Positions 9,405 to 18,961 of a DNA stretch of 64,000 bases are shown one piece after another (the first letter of the stretch is position 1; every line of letters starts with the position of its first letter). Under the pieces are notes generated by a model. The model was given only the letters and a program-made list of their open reading frames with translations, was not told the DNA's origin and ran no database searches. The stretch comes from a virus (Duplodnaviria > Caudoviricetes), in IMG/VR virus record IMGVR_UViG_3300028591_000070, positions 224,001 to 288,000 of that record; one strand, 5' to 3'. The translations under genes and the position numbers were made by a program.

Positions 9405-10573
9405 TATGCATCCACCTTTGTAAGAGCTATATCCATAAAGCTATTTTTGATATGAATAATAATGTGAGCATCATTATCAAAATCAAAACTAAACTTAAAT
9501 GTTTCTTCTTTGAGTAAATCCTCTTTCAAAAATTTCATATGTAAAGTTGGGAAAAGGAAAAGTCCATCAATCAATCTATCTTTGTCAACCGAAACAATTG
9601 GAAGATCTGCACTAACCTCTGAAACCATATTATCATAATGAAGCAAAATCTTTGATTTATCAGTTGGGTCAAAACTTGCTTTAAGCTGTTTATATTTCCA
9701 AGAGTCTGCATCAAATACACCTTCAAACTTTTCAATTGCTTCATAAAAATCTGCAGTCTTAATTGTCAACTCAGATTCTGCATCTGCTGGAGCTGACATT
9801 GCAGTAATTTCTTCATCTGAAGGAATCTGGAAATCAACTTCTGGCTCGTTAAACCACATCTTAATTCCAAGAGAATCAATGTTGATATAAATATATGGGT
9901 TGATTGAATTATCCAAAGAACTTTCAAAATTACAAATCTTAAATTCTCTAGCATCTTTAAGGAGTGGAGAGATTGTTCTTAAAAGATAAAAATCTTTTCC
10001 ATTTGCGCCTGTCTGAATTTTCTTTGTAATAATAGAAGTGTTATCTACACTTGTCACGCCTTCATCTGAAATCTTAATAAACTTATTACAGTTCAAAAGA
10101 CCAGCCATACTACTCATGTAAGAGATTGTATTTTTAAGGTCATCTGTAAGTGAAATTGTTGTGGCATTTGTAAATGCATTAGATGTTTCAAAATCAGAAA
10201 TGGCCTTCATATCATCAGCGGCTTCTTCTTCAATTGTGTTCAAACAAACCTGAGAGTATTTTGCTGAAGTCTGGTCACCAGTGAAAACAAGCTTTGAATT
10301 TGCATAAGAAATAGTGTTTACATCTGAATTTACTTTTTCAAGGTAATTCAAAAACTTAGAAAAGTCGATTGTAAACTTAAATGAATCATTTGATTCTATA
10401 TCAAAGTCTGCCGTAATATGTCCACTTGCTCCATTTCCATAAACTGACAACTTATTATTGTCAATTACGAAAAGCTGTTCTGCTTTAAGAGCCGCAGTGT
10501 TATTACAACTTTTCAAATACGAATTAAATACTTTTAATCTGTTAATTTCATCTTTTTTCAAATTAAATTGCAT
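9404..10573 (-). CDS. putative DNA sliding clamp (DnaN/beta-like size)
   Basis: 389 aa, acidic, alternating beta/alpha pattern, starts MQFNLKK; next to SSB; a DnaX-like loader is present in the window. Confidence 0.55.
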   Translation of the reverse strand: MQFNLKKDEINRLKVFNSYLKSCNNTAALKAEQLFVIDNNKLSVYGNGASGHITADFDIESNDSFKFTIDFSKFLNYLEKVNSDVNTISYANSKLVFTGDQTSAKYSQVCLNTIEEEAADDMKAISDFETSNAFTNATTISLTDDLKNTISYMSSMAGLLNCNKFIKISDEGVTSVDNTSIITKKIQTGANGKDFYLLRTISPLLKDAREFKICNFESSLDNSINPYIYINIDSLGIKMWFNEPEVDFQIPSDEEITAMSAPADAESELTIKTADFYEAIEKFEGVFDADSWKYKQLKASFDPTDKSKILLHYDNMVSEVSADLPIVSVDKDRLIDGLFLFPTLHMKFLKEDLLKEETFKFSFDFDNDAHIIIHIKNSFMDIALTKVDA

Positions 10574-10614
10574 TGATTAGTTTCTCCTTACTATAAAAAT
10601 TGTTTTAATTGATA

Positions 10615-11007
10615 TTAACTTCTAATTCTAAATTCATTACACTCTACTAAACCACTTTTATTAAGCCATTCAGCTACTAAATGCCTATGGCAAAAGTCTC
10701 CAGGTTTCTCATAACATAATAATACAACTTTATTTATATCAAAGTCACCACATAATTTTGAAATGTCGCCTAAAACCTGATCATATGTCAGATGATTTAA
10801 TACTTCATCATTAAAATGTTGGATATAATAGTCATTGTCTCTTTTATGTTCTGTACCATTTTTCCATTCATTAAAGAATGACCACTTAGGAGCGAGTTTT
10901 TTATACCAAAGACCTTTATACCAGTTTGGTATTCCACCACAAATTGCAATAGGTATAAGGCCTAATCTTTCATAATCTTTTAATTTTGCGAAATATCCTG
11001 TGTACAT
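10615..11007 (-). CDS. DUF488-family protein
   Basis: YTGYFA...KLAP.W...LLCYEKPGDFCHRHLVAEWL. Confidence 0.85.
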   Translation of the reverse strand: MYTGYFAKLKDYERLGLIPIAICGGIPNWYKGLWYKKLAPKWSFFNEWKNGTEHKRDNDYYIQHFNDEVLNHLTYDQVLGDISKLCGDFDINKVVLLCYEKPGDFCHRHLVAEWLNKSGLVECNEFRIRS

Positions 11008-11209
11008 ATTCTATTCTTCCAAATCCATATTTTATAAAATGCCATTTTCCATCAATTTCTTCACATTCAGAATATATAACAAAAGGTTTATTTGTATAAA
11101 ATTGAATAAACCTTAAAATTGGATTTATAATACATTTCAGTGGAGTCCTATGCATCCAACAATTATATTCTTTATTATAAATAAAATAATCATCTTTTTG
11201 TTTAAGCAT
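10970..11209 (-). CDS. hypothetical protein
   Basis: Overlapping ORF in the operon. Confidence 0.6.
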   Translation of the reverse strand: MLKQKDDYFIYNKEYNCWMHRTPLKCIINPILRFIQFYTNKPFVIYSECEEIDGKWHFIKYGFGRIEYVHRIFRKIKRL

Positions 11210-12089
11210 TATTCATTTTCTCAAGCATCCAATCTTGAACTTTACTATCAAAATAATAAATTAAAATAAACTCATACCAACTTGGAGTATTAGCTTCTAC
11301 AATATAATCATCAATCTTAAAATAAGGTGGCTTATTAGTTCCTTTAATAACATATGGGTCATGTGGCTTTTTAAGTTTTTCAACCATTTTTTCCCAATCA
11401 GATTTCTTAAACCATCTACCTAAAACTGGAGTATAAAAATGACTCATGAGTTTATATTTTTCTGAGCCAGGACTTGTTATAATGAAGTCCTTTTCAAGAA
11501 GTTCTTGCTTTACTACTTTCATAGTATGCTCAGTTTTATATAAGCGGTCTCGTTCGACACAAGTATTAATCTCTAATCCAGCTGCTGAAACTGGAATAAT
11601 ATCTTCAGCCTCAACTATAAGAGATGTACACATTAAGTGGTCATAGTCTTTTTTAGAGACGGTTTTTCCATCTATGATCCATTCGTGTGGATCTTTTTCA
11701 TAATTTTGATAAAGTTCTTTTTCTTTTTTAGAAACAATATAATATGAATATTCATTATCCCAGCGTTTTCTACCTATAATTGTTGCATTTTTAAATTCTT
11801 CGACGTTTAATAATTTTTTGTAGTCATCACATATTGACACAGGCTCACAATCACTTGGATAACAAAAGCGAATATGTAAATTATTTATTGTATCATAGTG
11901 ATTATTTTTCACTAAAAAACAATCTTTATCATAAATAGAGCCATGAACAAAAATTATATTATCATAATCTGTTCTTCCATCATAGGCAATTCCATTTTCT
12001 CCGATACATTTCCAAACCTTGGTTTCAACATAATTTCCTTCCCATGTATCTTCTTTATGAGAAGGCTGTGCACTTTTAAACCAGTCCAT
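11202..12089 (-). CDS. hypothetical protein
   Basis: 295-aa ORF with GGAG SD. Confidence 0.75.
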   Translation of the reverse strand: MDWFKSAQPSHKEDTWEGNYVETKVWKCIGENGIAYDGRTDYDNIIFVHGSIYDKDCFLVKNNHYDTINNLHIRFCYPSDCEPVSICDDYKKLLNVEEFKNATIIGRKRWDNEYSYYIVSKKEKELYQNYEKDPHEWIIDGKTVSKKDYDHLMCTSLIVEAEDIIPVSAAGLEINTCVERDRLYKTEHTMKVVKQELLEKDFIITSPGSEKYKLMSHFYTPVLGRWFKKSDWEKMVEKLKKPHDPYVIKGTNKPPYFKIDDYIVEANTPSWYEFILIYYFDSKVQDWMLEKMNNA

Positions 12090-12097
12090 ATATTCTC

Positions 12098-12502
12098 CTA
12101 ACTTGGTAAATTCATTTCGTCTTTAAGTTCCATCTCAGCTAAAGTAAGAGGAGCTAAAGCGGCTTTACATCTAGTATCATCTAATTCTGTATCACTTTTA
12201 AAAGCTTCAGGTGGAAGCATCTTTTTCTTACGTAATTCTTGAATAAAAAGAGGGAAATACTTCATAGCTTCAGCTTCAGTCTTAAAAACATCTGAAGAAT
12301 AATATGGGAATGTAAAGCGAGGTTCTTCTTTTACTCTCAATAATTTACAAATCTTTCTAGATGGGATTGCAATTTCCTCTGAAACAGGCTCTGAATAGAA
12401 AACAACACATTGAAAAAATAATGCTGCTCTATCTGCTGTTTTATTTGCTCTTTCTAATGTACGTTGAAAAAGAGCGTTTACTTCATCTTTTTTATTTTCC
12501 AT
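12098..12502 (-). CDS. hypothetical protein
   Basis: ORF starting just after a GTTAATATT motif. Confidence 0.7.
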   Translation of the reverse strand: MENKKDEVNALFQRTLERANKTADRAALFFQCVVFYSEPVSEEIAIPSRKICKLLRVKEEPRFTFPYYSSDVFKTEAEAMKYFPLFIQELRKKKMLPPEAFKSDTELDDTRCKAALAPLTLAEMELKDEMNLPS

Positions 12503-12505
12503 AGA

Positions 12506-12528
12506 GTTAATATTAACCTATAACTAAT
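12506..12528. promoter_or_regulatory. divergent control region (GTTAATATTAAC palindrome + ACTAAT)
   Basis: Palindrome at 12506-12517; ACTAAT at 12523-12528 facing the GGDEF gene. Confidence 0.5.
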
Positions 12529-12569
12529 TAAGCTTGATTTAAAAATAGTTTGCCCACCTATGAATTATT

Positions 12570-13625
12570 ATGATGAATTTGAAACAATATTTTTTAGACA
12601 CTTATTCTACTGAGTTTCGTAGAGATAAGCATGAGGACTTCTTTTGGGTTCAAATGCTTATGACAATTGCATGTTCTCTTTTAAATAGTCTTTGGTTATT
12701 AAAAGATGTATTTGTAAAAGGTATCGGTCCTGAAGGAAATTTATATTTTGTTATTTTATGTCGTCTTATTCCTTCTGTATTACTTATCCCATTTATTCTA
12801 TGGTCTTTCTCAAATAAAAAGATTGAGCCTTACTTTGCTAATTTTCTATTATACATTAATCTTTTTGCACAAATTTTTGCTATTCATTTTTCAGGTAAAC
12901 CTACTAGTGGAACTGGCCATACGATTATGAGCTTAGCTATTTTCATGCTAGAGTATGCCTCAGTATCTGGAGTGGCTCAGATTTTAGCTCAGATTTTATA
13001 TCCATTTTTAATGTATATAAGTTCTCAAGCTGTTTTAGGACTTTTTATAACGTCTAATGACCCAGCAGGATTACTATTTTCAAATTGTATTATGTCTATA
13101 GCTAGTTTAATTTCTGCCACAATTTTAAGAATAAATTATTATAATTCATGGATTATAAAACGCAAACTGGTGCTAGCTGCAAAAATGGATTCTATGACAG
13201 GTCTTTGGAATAGAAAAAGAATAAATGATATTACTAGCAAAGATTTATTATTAGAAGACTCAACTATTTTAATGATAGATATCGATAATTTTAAGTCTAT
13301 AAATGATAATAATGGCCATGACTTTGGTGATAAAGCTATTCTAGACACGGTCGACTATTTAAAAAAATCTTTTTCAACTGCAAATATTATTCGATATGGT
13401 GGTGATGAATTTTTAATTATTATTTCAGAAAATATGAAATTATCAAAAGTTAAAATTAGATTAAGTGCCAATCGTTCTAGAGATGACATTACCTATTCAA
13501 TAGGTATTGCTTATGGAAATAAAGATGATAATATCTATGGAATAATAAAACACGCTGATATAGCACTATATAAATCTAAAGAAACTAAAAATTGTATAAC
13601 ATTATTTAATGACATATTAAAATAA
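12570..13625 (+). CDS. membrane-anchored GGDEF diguanylate cyclase
   Basis: About 6 TM helices, then DSMTGLWNR, DIDNFKSINDNNGHDFGD, RYGGDEF, ADIALYKSK. Confidence 0.93.
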   Translation: MMNLKQYFLDTYSTEFRRDKHEDFFWVQMLMTIACSLLNSLWLLKDVFVKGIGPEGNLYFVILCRLIPSVLLIPFILWSFSNKKIEPYFANFLLYINLFAQIFAIHFSGKPTSGTGHTIMSLAIFMLEYASVSGVAQILAQILYPFLMYISSQAVLGLFITSNDPAGLLFSNCIMSIASLISATILRINYYNSWIIKRKLVLAAKMDSMTGLWNRKRINDITSKDLLLEDSTILMIDIDNFKSINDNNGHDFGDKAILDTVDYLKKSFSTANIIRYGGDEFLIIISENMKLSKVKIRLSANRSRDDITYSIGIAYGNKDDNIYGIIKHADIALYKSKETKNCITLFNDILK

Positions 13626-13626
13626 A

Positions 13627-13658
13627 TAAAAGCCTCTCAAATGAGAGGCTTATTTTTT
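13627..13658. terminator. bidirectional intrinsic terminator
   Basis: AAGCCTCTC-AAAT-GAGAGGCTT between convergent genes. Confidence 0.8.
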
Positions 13659-14709
13659 AAGCTGGAAAGTCGCCTTTATTGATTACACGTACAATATTTC
13701 CATACTGGAAAGTTCCAGGAACAGGCACCATGGCATTAGTATTATAAACAAGTTCATCAATCAATTCACCATTTTTTACAAGTCGTGTGGATCCATCTGG
13801 ATGTGGCATAGGTGACTCAATTTCAAGACGTTTGAAATCTTCAATAAAAGTATTTGGATTCCAATGGATAATGTCTTTATTTACCATTGTATGGTAACCA
13901 CCCGAAGTAGCAACTATTACATAATTTCCTTTTCCAAGTTTTTCATTGCAGTAGTCCATCCAGCCTTCAAGAAGTGGAAATCCATCTACATAATAATCTC
14001 GGATATATTTACCCCAATCATTTAGGTCGAGATCAAAGTCTACCCAATATTTTGTACCAACATTGTCGAACTGAAGGCGCTTCATCTTAGAGAGTGATTT
14101 ACACATCTTATAAAGAGACTGGCTTGTACCACTCTCATCAGATCTCATTTTTAGTGAACCGATTCTCTTTGTAATAGCATCCAAACTTTCGGCAGTAGGA
14201 TTATTCAAATAGCCAGACAAATCAGGACCAAGAATATTTGCAATAAAGTTTGCGCGATCAATATCTTTAATAGCTGAGTTTATCAATTCCTGCTCATGAA
14301 TATTGATATATCCTTTCAAGTCTTCAATAACTTTAAGCTCATCACAAGGATTAATATGGAAATAAACAACCATTGCTTTAGGTGGAAGTGTATGTCCTCC
14401 ATATGCAAAAGCTTCTTTATGGCACTCATAAGAACGAATACCTTTCTTCCAGCGTTCATATGTTGTTTCACCATCTTTAGTTGCAAAAACTACCTGTGGG
14501 TCAAGCATTTCTACACGACCTAAAGGTGATTTTAAATCTTCCTCATTAAGCTTTTTCTTACGAATTGAGAGACAGAAAGCATAAGCCTCATTTCTCTTTA
14601 GAGGATGCACACAATGGTCATAAAACCACTTAAGTTCATCTTCGTCAGCAATAAGCTTATAATGCTCGAGAGACTCCAACATTTTGATATTTTCTTCTAC
14701 AGTACTCAT
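13657..14709 (-). CDS. putative archaeo-eukaryotic primase (AEP)-fold protein
   Basis: WVDFDLD (DxD), ATSGGYH (SxxxH-like) and PVPGT motifs. Confidence 0.45.
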   Translation of the reverse strand: MSTVEENIKMLESLEHYKLIADEDELKWFYDHCVHPLKRNEAYAFCLSIRKKKLNEEDLKSPLGRVEMLDPQVVFATKDGETTYERWKKGIRSYECHKEAFAYGGHTLPPKAMVVYFHINPCDELKVIEDLKGYINIHEQELINSAIKDIDRANFIANILGPDLSGYLNNPTAESLDAITKRIGSLKMRSDESGTSQSLYKMCKSLSKMKRLQFDNVGTKYWVDFDLDLNDWGKYIRDYYVDGFPLLEGWMDYCNEKLGKGNYVIVATSGGYHTMVNKDIIHWNPNTFIEDFKRLEIESPMPHPDGSTRLVKNGELIDELVYNTNAMVPVPGTFQYGNIVRVINKGDFPA

Positions 14710-14715
14710 AATTAG

Positions 14716-14744
14716 ATTATACTTTTTATTTTAAAGATTTTCAA
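14716..14744 (-). promoter_or_regulatory. sigma70-type promoter, leaderless start
   Basis: TTGAAA-N17-TATAAT, 6 nt before ATG 14709. Confidence 0.7.
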
Positions 14745-15567
14745 CTAGTTTTTTAGCCTCATCATCATAGATATCTGGACTTATTTGGACATAATCAATA
14801 CCATGAATTTTAAAGAAAGTTTTTACTTCTTTTATCTCTGAGAAAGCAGGTTTCTTTAAAGTAAAGTTGACAAAAATACTTTGTGATCCAAAGGTATCTC
14901 TTAAATATAGAAGATTATCCATAACCTTTTCCCAACTAGCTCCAATTCTAATGGCCTCAAAACTTTCTTTAGTTATACCATCAATAGATGGGGAAAAATT
15001 ATAAATCACTCCTGTTGTGTCACTTATCGCTTTAAGTTCATCTATTCTAGAATGAGAAAGTAAAGTTAAATTAGATTGAAAGTCTACAATTCTTGTATCT
15101 TTTGGAGATAAACCTTTTAAAAATTGAATTACTTTATAATAATAAAAGAAGACTTCGCCAGAGCTTATTAAATGAATTTTTTCTAATGAATGTCCTTTAA
15201 TTTTTTCTAATGTTTCAAATTGAAGGTCTCTAGTGTCTGGCTCATCTTTATGTTCTGTAAAAAAACAATGATAACAATGTAAATTACAAGCTTTAGAAAA
15301 AGATACAGTAACTACTTCTATTTTAGGACTTAAAGTACATGGGCAAGTGCACCATCCTTCATAAGCAGGCTTTTTAGAAATATTTACTTTTGATGATTCT
15401 TCTTCTGCAAATGAAATAAGATCCTTTATCTTTAAAAAATCTTTAATTGGCATATCTACCACAAAAGGATAGATATAACAACACCTAGAAAGACAAACTG
15501 TTTTTCCTTTTGGCTCATAAGTAATTTCTAGTCTAGAAGGCATTACACATTTATTAAAAACTTCCAT
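14731..15567 (-). CDS. radical SAM protein 1 (N-terminal twitch-like module; subfamily A)
   Basis: C..P...RCC...CTCPC; CNLHCYHCF; SSGEVFFYY; SIDG...FEAIR. Confidence 0.9.
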   Translation of the reverse strand: MEVFNKCVMPSRLEITYEPKGKTVCLSRCCYIYPFVVDMPIKDFLKIKDLISFAEEESSKVNISKKPAYEGWCTCPCTLSPKIEVVTVSFSKACNLHCYHCFFTEHKDEPDTRDLQFETLEKIKGHSLEKIHLISSGEVFFYYYKVIQFLKGLSPKDTRIVDFQSNLTLLSHSRIDELKAISDTTGVIYNFSPSIDGITKESFEAIRIGASWEKVMDNLLYLRDTFGSQSIFVNFTLKKPAFSEIKEVKTFFKIHGIDYVQISPDIYDDEAKKLVENL

Positions 15568-16403
15568 TACATTTCCTCAAACACTTTCTTTGCTTCTTCG
15601 TCAAAGCAGTCGTATGTCACAAAAGTATAGCCTATATTAAAATTTCTTGAAAAAAATTCTTTAACATTTTTATCTTTAAAATTTGGTTTTTTAATAACAT
15701 AGTTAATGCATATGTTCTCTGACCCAAATTCTTTAACCATTAACTCAAGGTTGTTCATAACTTTTTCAAAGTTTGCGCCTATTCTAGTTGCTTCAAACGT
15801 TTCTTTTGTAATTCCATCAATTGAAACAGTGATGTTTTTATATGGAATTCCTGTATTATCACTTACTTGTTTTAATTCTTTAATTCTAGTCTCATTTAAT
15901 GTAGAAAGACTTGATACAAAACTTACTTGTTTAGTATCTTTACATGGGTCTAAAGACTTTAAATAATTAAGTGTTTGATTATAATAAAAAAATGGTTCAC
16001 CTCTATCATTTAATCTTATTTCAGTAAGACAATTTCCTTTAATATTTTCTAAAGTTTTAAAATATAATTGTTTTGTTTCAGGGCTATCTTTATGCATTCC
16101 ATCCCAAAAGCAATGATAGCAACGTAAATTACAAGCCTTTGATAAGCCAACCGTTACTTTTTCAATTTTCTTAGGGAAATGACAAACTAAGCAACTGTCT
16201 TTGTGTTCATCATTAAAAACAGGTGGGACATTACAATGCTGATAAGCATATTCAATTATATTATTAATTTTTAAAAAATCCTCAATTGATAAAATTGAAA
16301 ATGGCTCAAGATAACAACATCTGCGTAAAAAAACTTTATCTTCTTGATTTAATATAATTGATAGTTCACCTAAAGGATTCCAACATTTTCTATTAATTTC
16401 CAT
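15567..16403 (-). CDS. radical SAM protein 2 (subfamily A)
   Basis: CWNP...RRCC...CLVC; CNLRCYHCF; DRGEPFFYY; SIDG. Confidence 0.9.
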   Translation of the reverse strand: MEINRKCWNPLGELSIILNQEDKVFLRRCCYLEPFSILSIEDFLKINNIIEYAYQHCNVPPVFNDEHKDSCLVCHFPKKIEKVTVGLSKACNLRCYHCFWDGMHKDSPETKQLYFKTLENIKGNCLTEIRLNDRGEPFFYYNQTLNYLKSLDPCKDTKQVSFVSSLSTLNETRIKELKQVSDNTGIPYKNITVSIDGITKETFEATRIGANFEKVMNNLELMVKEFGSENICINYVIKKPNFKDKNVKEFFSRNFNIGYTFVTYDCFDEEAKKVFEEM

Positions 16404-16405
16404 AA

Positions 16406-17254
16406 TTATCCCCTATAGTTATAAAATGCTTTTTTGCAATTCTCATCTAACATATCATAGTAAATATTAACTTCTACACCTTTTGAATTAAAAAAGGGTT
16501 TTATATTTGGCAAATCTTTAATAGAAGCTTCTCGAATAGTACAACAAACGCAAATATCTTTTTTATCAAAAATGGAAATTAAGTTATCAAAGTTTTCCAT
16601 AACTTGTTCCCAATTTGCGCCACATCTTGTTCCTTCAAAACTCTCTTTAGTTATGCCGTCTATAGAAGCAACAAACATATATTTAACACCAGTTTGTTCA
16701 CTTATTTTCTTTAATTCTAAAATACGATTTTTATTTAATAAAGTCATATTAGTAAAAAACCGCATAGTTTCAGTATCATTAAGAGTAAGACTCCTTAAAA
16801 ATTTAACAACCTCATTATAATAAAAGAATGGCTCTCCTTGGTCTGTGAGTTGTAGTTGATAAAGCTGATGACCTTTAACACTGTATAATGTTTTAAAAAA
16901 TAAATCTTTAATCTGTTTAGTATCTGTGTGATGTCCATCAAAAAAACAATCATGACAATGAATATTACAAGCATGAGATAAAGATACCACTACTTGTTTA
17001 ATTTTATCGGGTGGAAAATAACAAGTAGTACATCTATCCATGGTCATTTGTTTTCGTAATTCTTCAGGAGAAGGATATTTAAACGTCTTTGTATAATCTA
17101 TTATATCATCTATTTTTGAAAATTCTTCAAAGCTCAGGGTTTTAAAAGGAGCTAAATGACAACATCTTTTTAGAGCAACTTCTGTATCATTTTCTCTTGT
17201 AATCCAAAGCGCACCATAAGGAATGGTACAATTTCCATGATTTGCGAATTCCAT
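16406..17254 (-). CDS. radical SAM protein 3 (subfamily A)
   Basis: CTIPY...KRCC...CTTC; CNIHCHDCF; DQGEPFFYY; start moved to ATG 17254. Confidence 0.9.
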   Translation of the reverse strand: MEFANHGNCTIPYGALWITRENDTEVALKRCCHLAPFKTLSFEEFSKIDDIIDYTKTFKYPSPEELRKQMTMDRCTTCYFPPDKIKQVVVSLSHACNIHCHDCFFDGHHTDTKQIKDLFFKTLYSVKGHQLYQLQLTDQGEPFFYYNEVVKFLRSLTLNDTETMRFFTNMTLLNKNRILELKKISEQTGVKYMFVASIDGITKESFEGTRCGANWEQVMENFDNLISIFDKKDICVCCTIREASIKDLPNIKPFFNSKGVEVNIYYDMLDENCKKAFYNYRG

Positions 17255-17282
17255 AACAATAAAATTAGTGACTAATTTCAAT
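17255..17282. promoter_or_regulatory. back-to-back ACTAAT motifs (bidirectional late-like promoter)
   Basis: ATTAGT-G-ACTAAT at 17264-17276; 9 nt to ATG 17254 (-), 6 nt to ATG 17283 (+). Confidence 0.7.
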
Positions 17283-18116
17283 ATGAATAAATGCCATAGA
17301 AAAATATATTCTATACAAGTAGATTTTACTATAAATAAAGTTGAACTAACAAAATGCTGCTATTTACATGGAAATAAAATTTCAATTGAAGAATTTAAGG
17401 CATTAGATAATATTATTATTCCACCAAATGAATTACCTTCTAATCCTTACCATATTGAAAATTGTTTAATGAATTGCGACTTTGATGATAATAAATATCA
17501 AACAATAGATATTTGTTGCAGTAGTTTATGTAATGCAAAATGTTATCATTGTTGTGCTGCAGATCATTCTCATCCCGACCCTAGAGAAAGAGATTTACTT
17601 TATAATTTTATTTTACCAAAAGTAAAAGGTTTTGGATATGGAACTCTTCAACTAGATGGGAAAGGAGAAGTATTTTTAAATTATAAAGAAATAACAGCAT
17701 TTTTAAAAACTCTTTCTGCTGAAAAAGATTTTAAGACTGTAAGATTTTTAACAAATGGTTCAACACTCACTAAAGAACGATTATTAGAATTAAAATCTAT
17801 TAGTGATATGACAGGTATAAACTATATTTTTGCAATTTCAGTAGATGGCATTAGTAAAAAAACCTTTGAAGCAGTGAGATGTGGACTTTCTTTTGAAAAT
17901 GTAATGGCTAATTTGCAGAACACTGTAGAGATTTTTGGAAATAATAATGTAGATATTACTTTTACGATTAAAGAACCTAACAAAGAAGACACTCCTTATG
18001 TGAAAGATTTTTTAGTAAATAATTATAATATTTTACCTGAAAGAATCGCTATGCAAAGTGATTTTTTAGATAAAAATATGAATCAATATTTAACAAATTA
18101 TTTTAAAGATCGTTAA
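17283..18116 (+). CDS. radical SAM protein 4 (subfamily B)
   Basis: C...KCC...CLMNC; CNAKCYHCCA; DGKGEVF; SVDG; start moved to ATG 17283. Confidence 0.9.
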   Translation: MNKCHRKIYSIQVDFTINKVELTKCCYLHGNKISIEEFKALDNIIIPPNELPSNPYHIENCLMNCDFDDNKYQTIDICCSSLCNAKCYHCCAADHSHPDPRERDLLYNFILPKVKGFGYGTLQLDGKGEVFLNYKEITAFLKTLSAEKDFKTVRFLTNGSTLTKERLLELKSISDMTGINYIFAISVDGISKKTFEAVRCGLSFENVMANLQNTVEIFGNNNVDITFTIKEPNKEDTPYVKDFLVNNYNILPERIAMQSDFLDKNMNQYLTNYFKDR

Positions 18117-18958
18117 AACTTTTCAATAAATAATTTTTTACAATCTTCATCAAAAAAGTCATAAGTAATAACTACCCATACACCTAAATTTCTGAAAAAC
18201 GTTTCAATCTCTTCTCTTGAGGCAGCCATATTAGGTTTTTTAATAGTGTAATTTACTAAAACATCATCAAAATTATTTAATAAATATTTTAGATTTGTGA
18301 TAGTCTTATCAAACTTTCCATAAATACGAGTAGCTTCATAAGCTTCTTTTGTGATACCATCTATAGAGGCCTCAAACTTATAGTGAATACCAGTTTTTTC
18401 ACTTATATCTTTAAGTTCTTTAATTCTTTCTTCCGATAATAAATTTAAATTTGTTAAAAACTTTATTGTTTTTGCATCTTCAGTAGTTAAAGTTTTTAAG
18501 TAATCTCTTATCTTATAATAATAAAAGAAGGGCTCACCTCTGTCAGTAAACTCAATAATATCTAAGTCATGACCTTTAATTTTTTCTAAAGTTTCAAAAT
18601 ATAATTCTTTTAATTCTTTTGTGTCTCTATGATTTTCATAGAAACAATGATAACAATTTAGATTACAAGCATAAGATAGCCCAACAGTTACTCTTTTTAT
18701 TTCATTTTTTGGAAAATAACAAGGATGGCAAAAATTATCTTCTTTAGAAGAAAAATTAGTATTTGCATATTTACTATAGTCTAAATATTCAAAAGTTTTA
18801 GAAAATTCAATAGGATCTTTTATTTTAAGAAATTCTTCAATAGAACAACTATAAAAAGGCTTACCACGACAGCAGCGTTTTAGGTCAATTTTATTTTCAA
18901 AAAAATTAATATTTAATTCACCACCTTCATAAGCAGTACAATTTACTAGTTTACTCAT
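18113..18958 (-). CDS. radical SAM protein 5 (subfamily A)
   Basis: C...KRCC...CHPC; CNLNCYHCF; DRGEPFFYY. Confidence 0.9.
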   Translation of the reverse strand: MSKLVNCTAYEGGELNINFFENKIDLKRCCRGKPFYSCSIEEFLKIKDPIEFSKTFEYLDYSKYANTNFSSKEDNFCHPCYFPKNEIKRVTVGLSYACNLNCYHCFYENHRDTKELKELYFETLEKIKGHDLDIIEFTDRGEPFFYYYKIRDYLKTLTTEDAKTIKFLTNLNLLSEERIKELKDISEKTGIHYKFEASIDGITKEAYEATRIYGKFDKTITNLKYLLNNFDDVLVNYTIKKPNMAASREEIETFFRNLGVWVVITYDFFDEDCKKLFIEKF

Positions 18959-18961
18959 TAC

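Noticed and set aside
10574-10581. ACTAAT next to the clamp start codon
   Set aside because: Only 2 nt from the ATG and within the SD spacer; probably chance in AT-rich DNA
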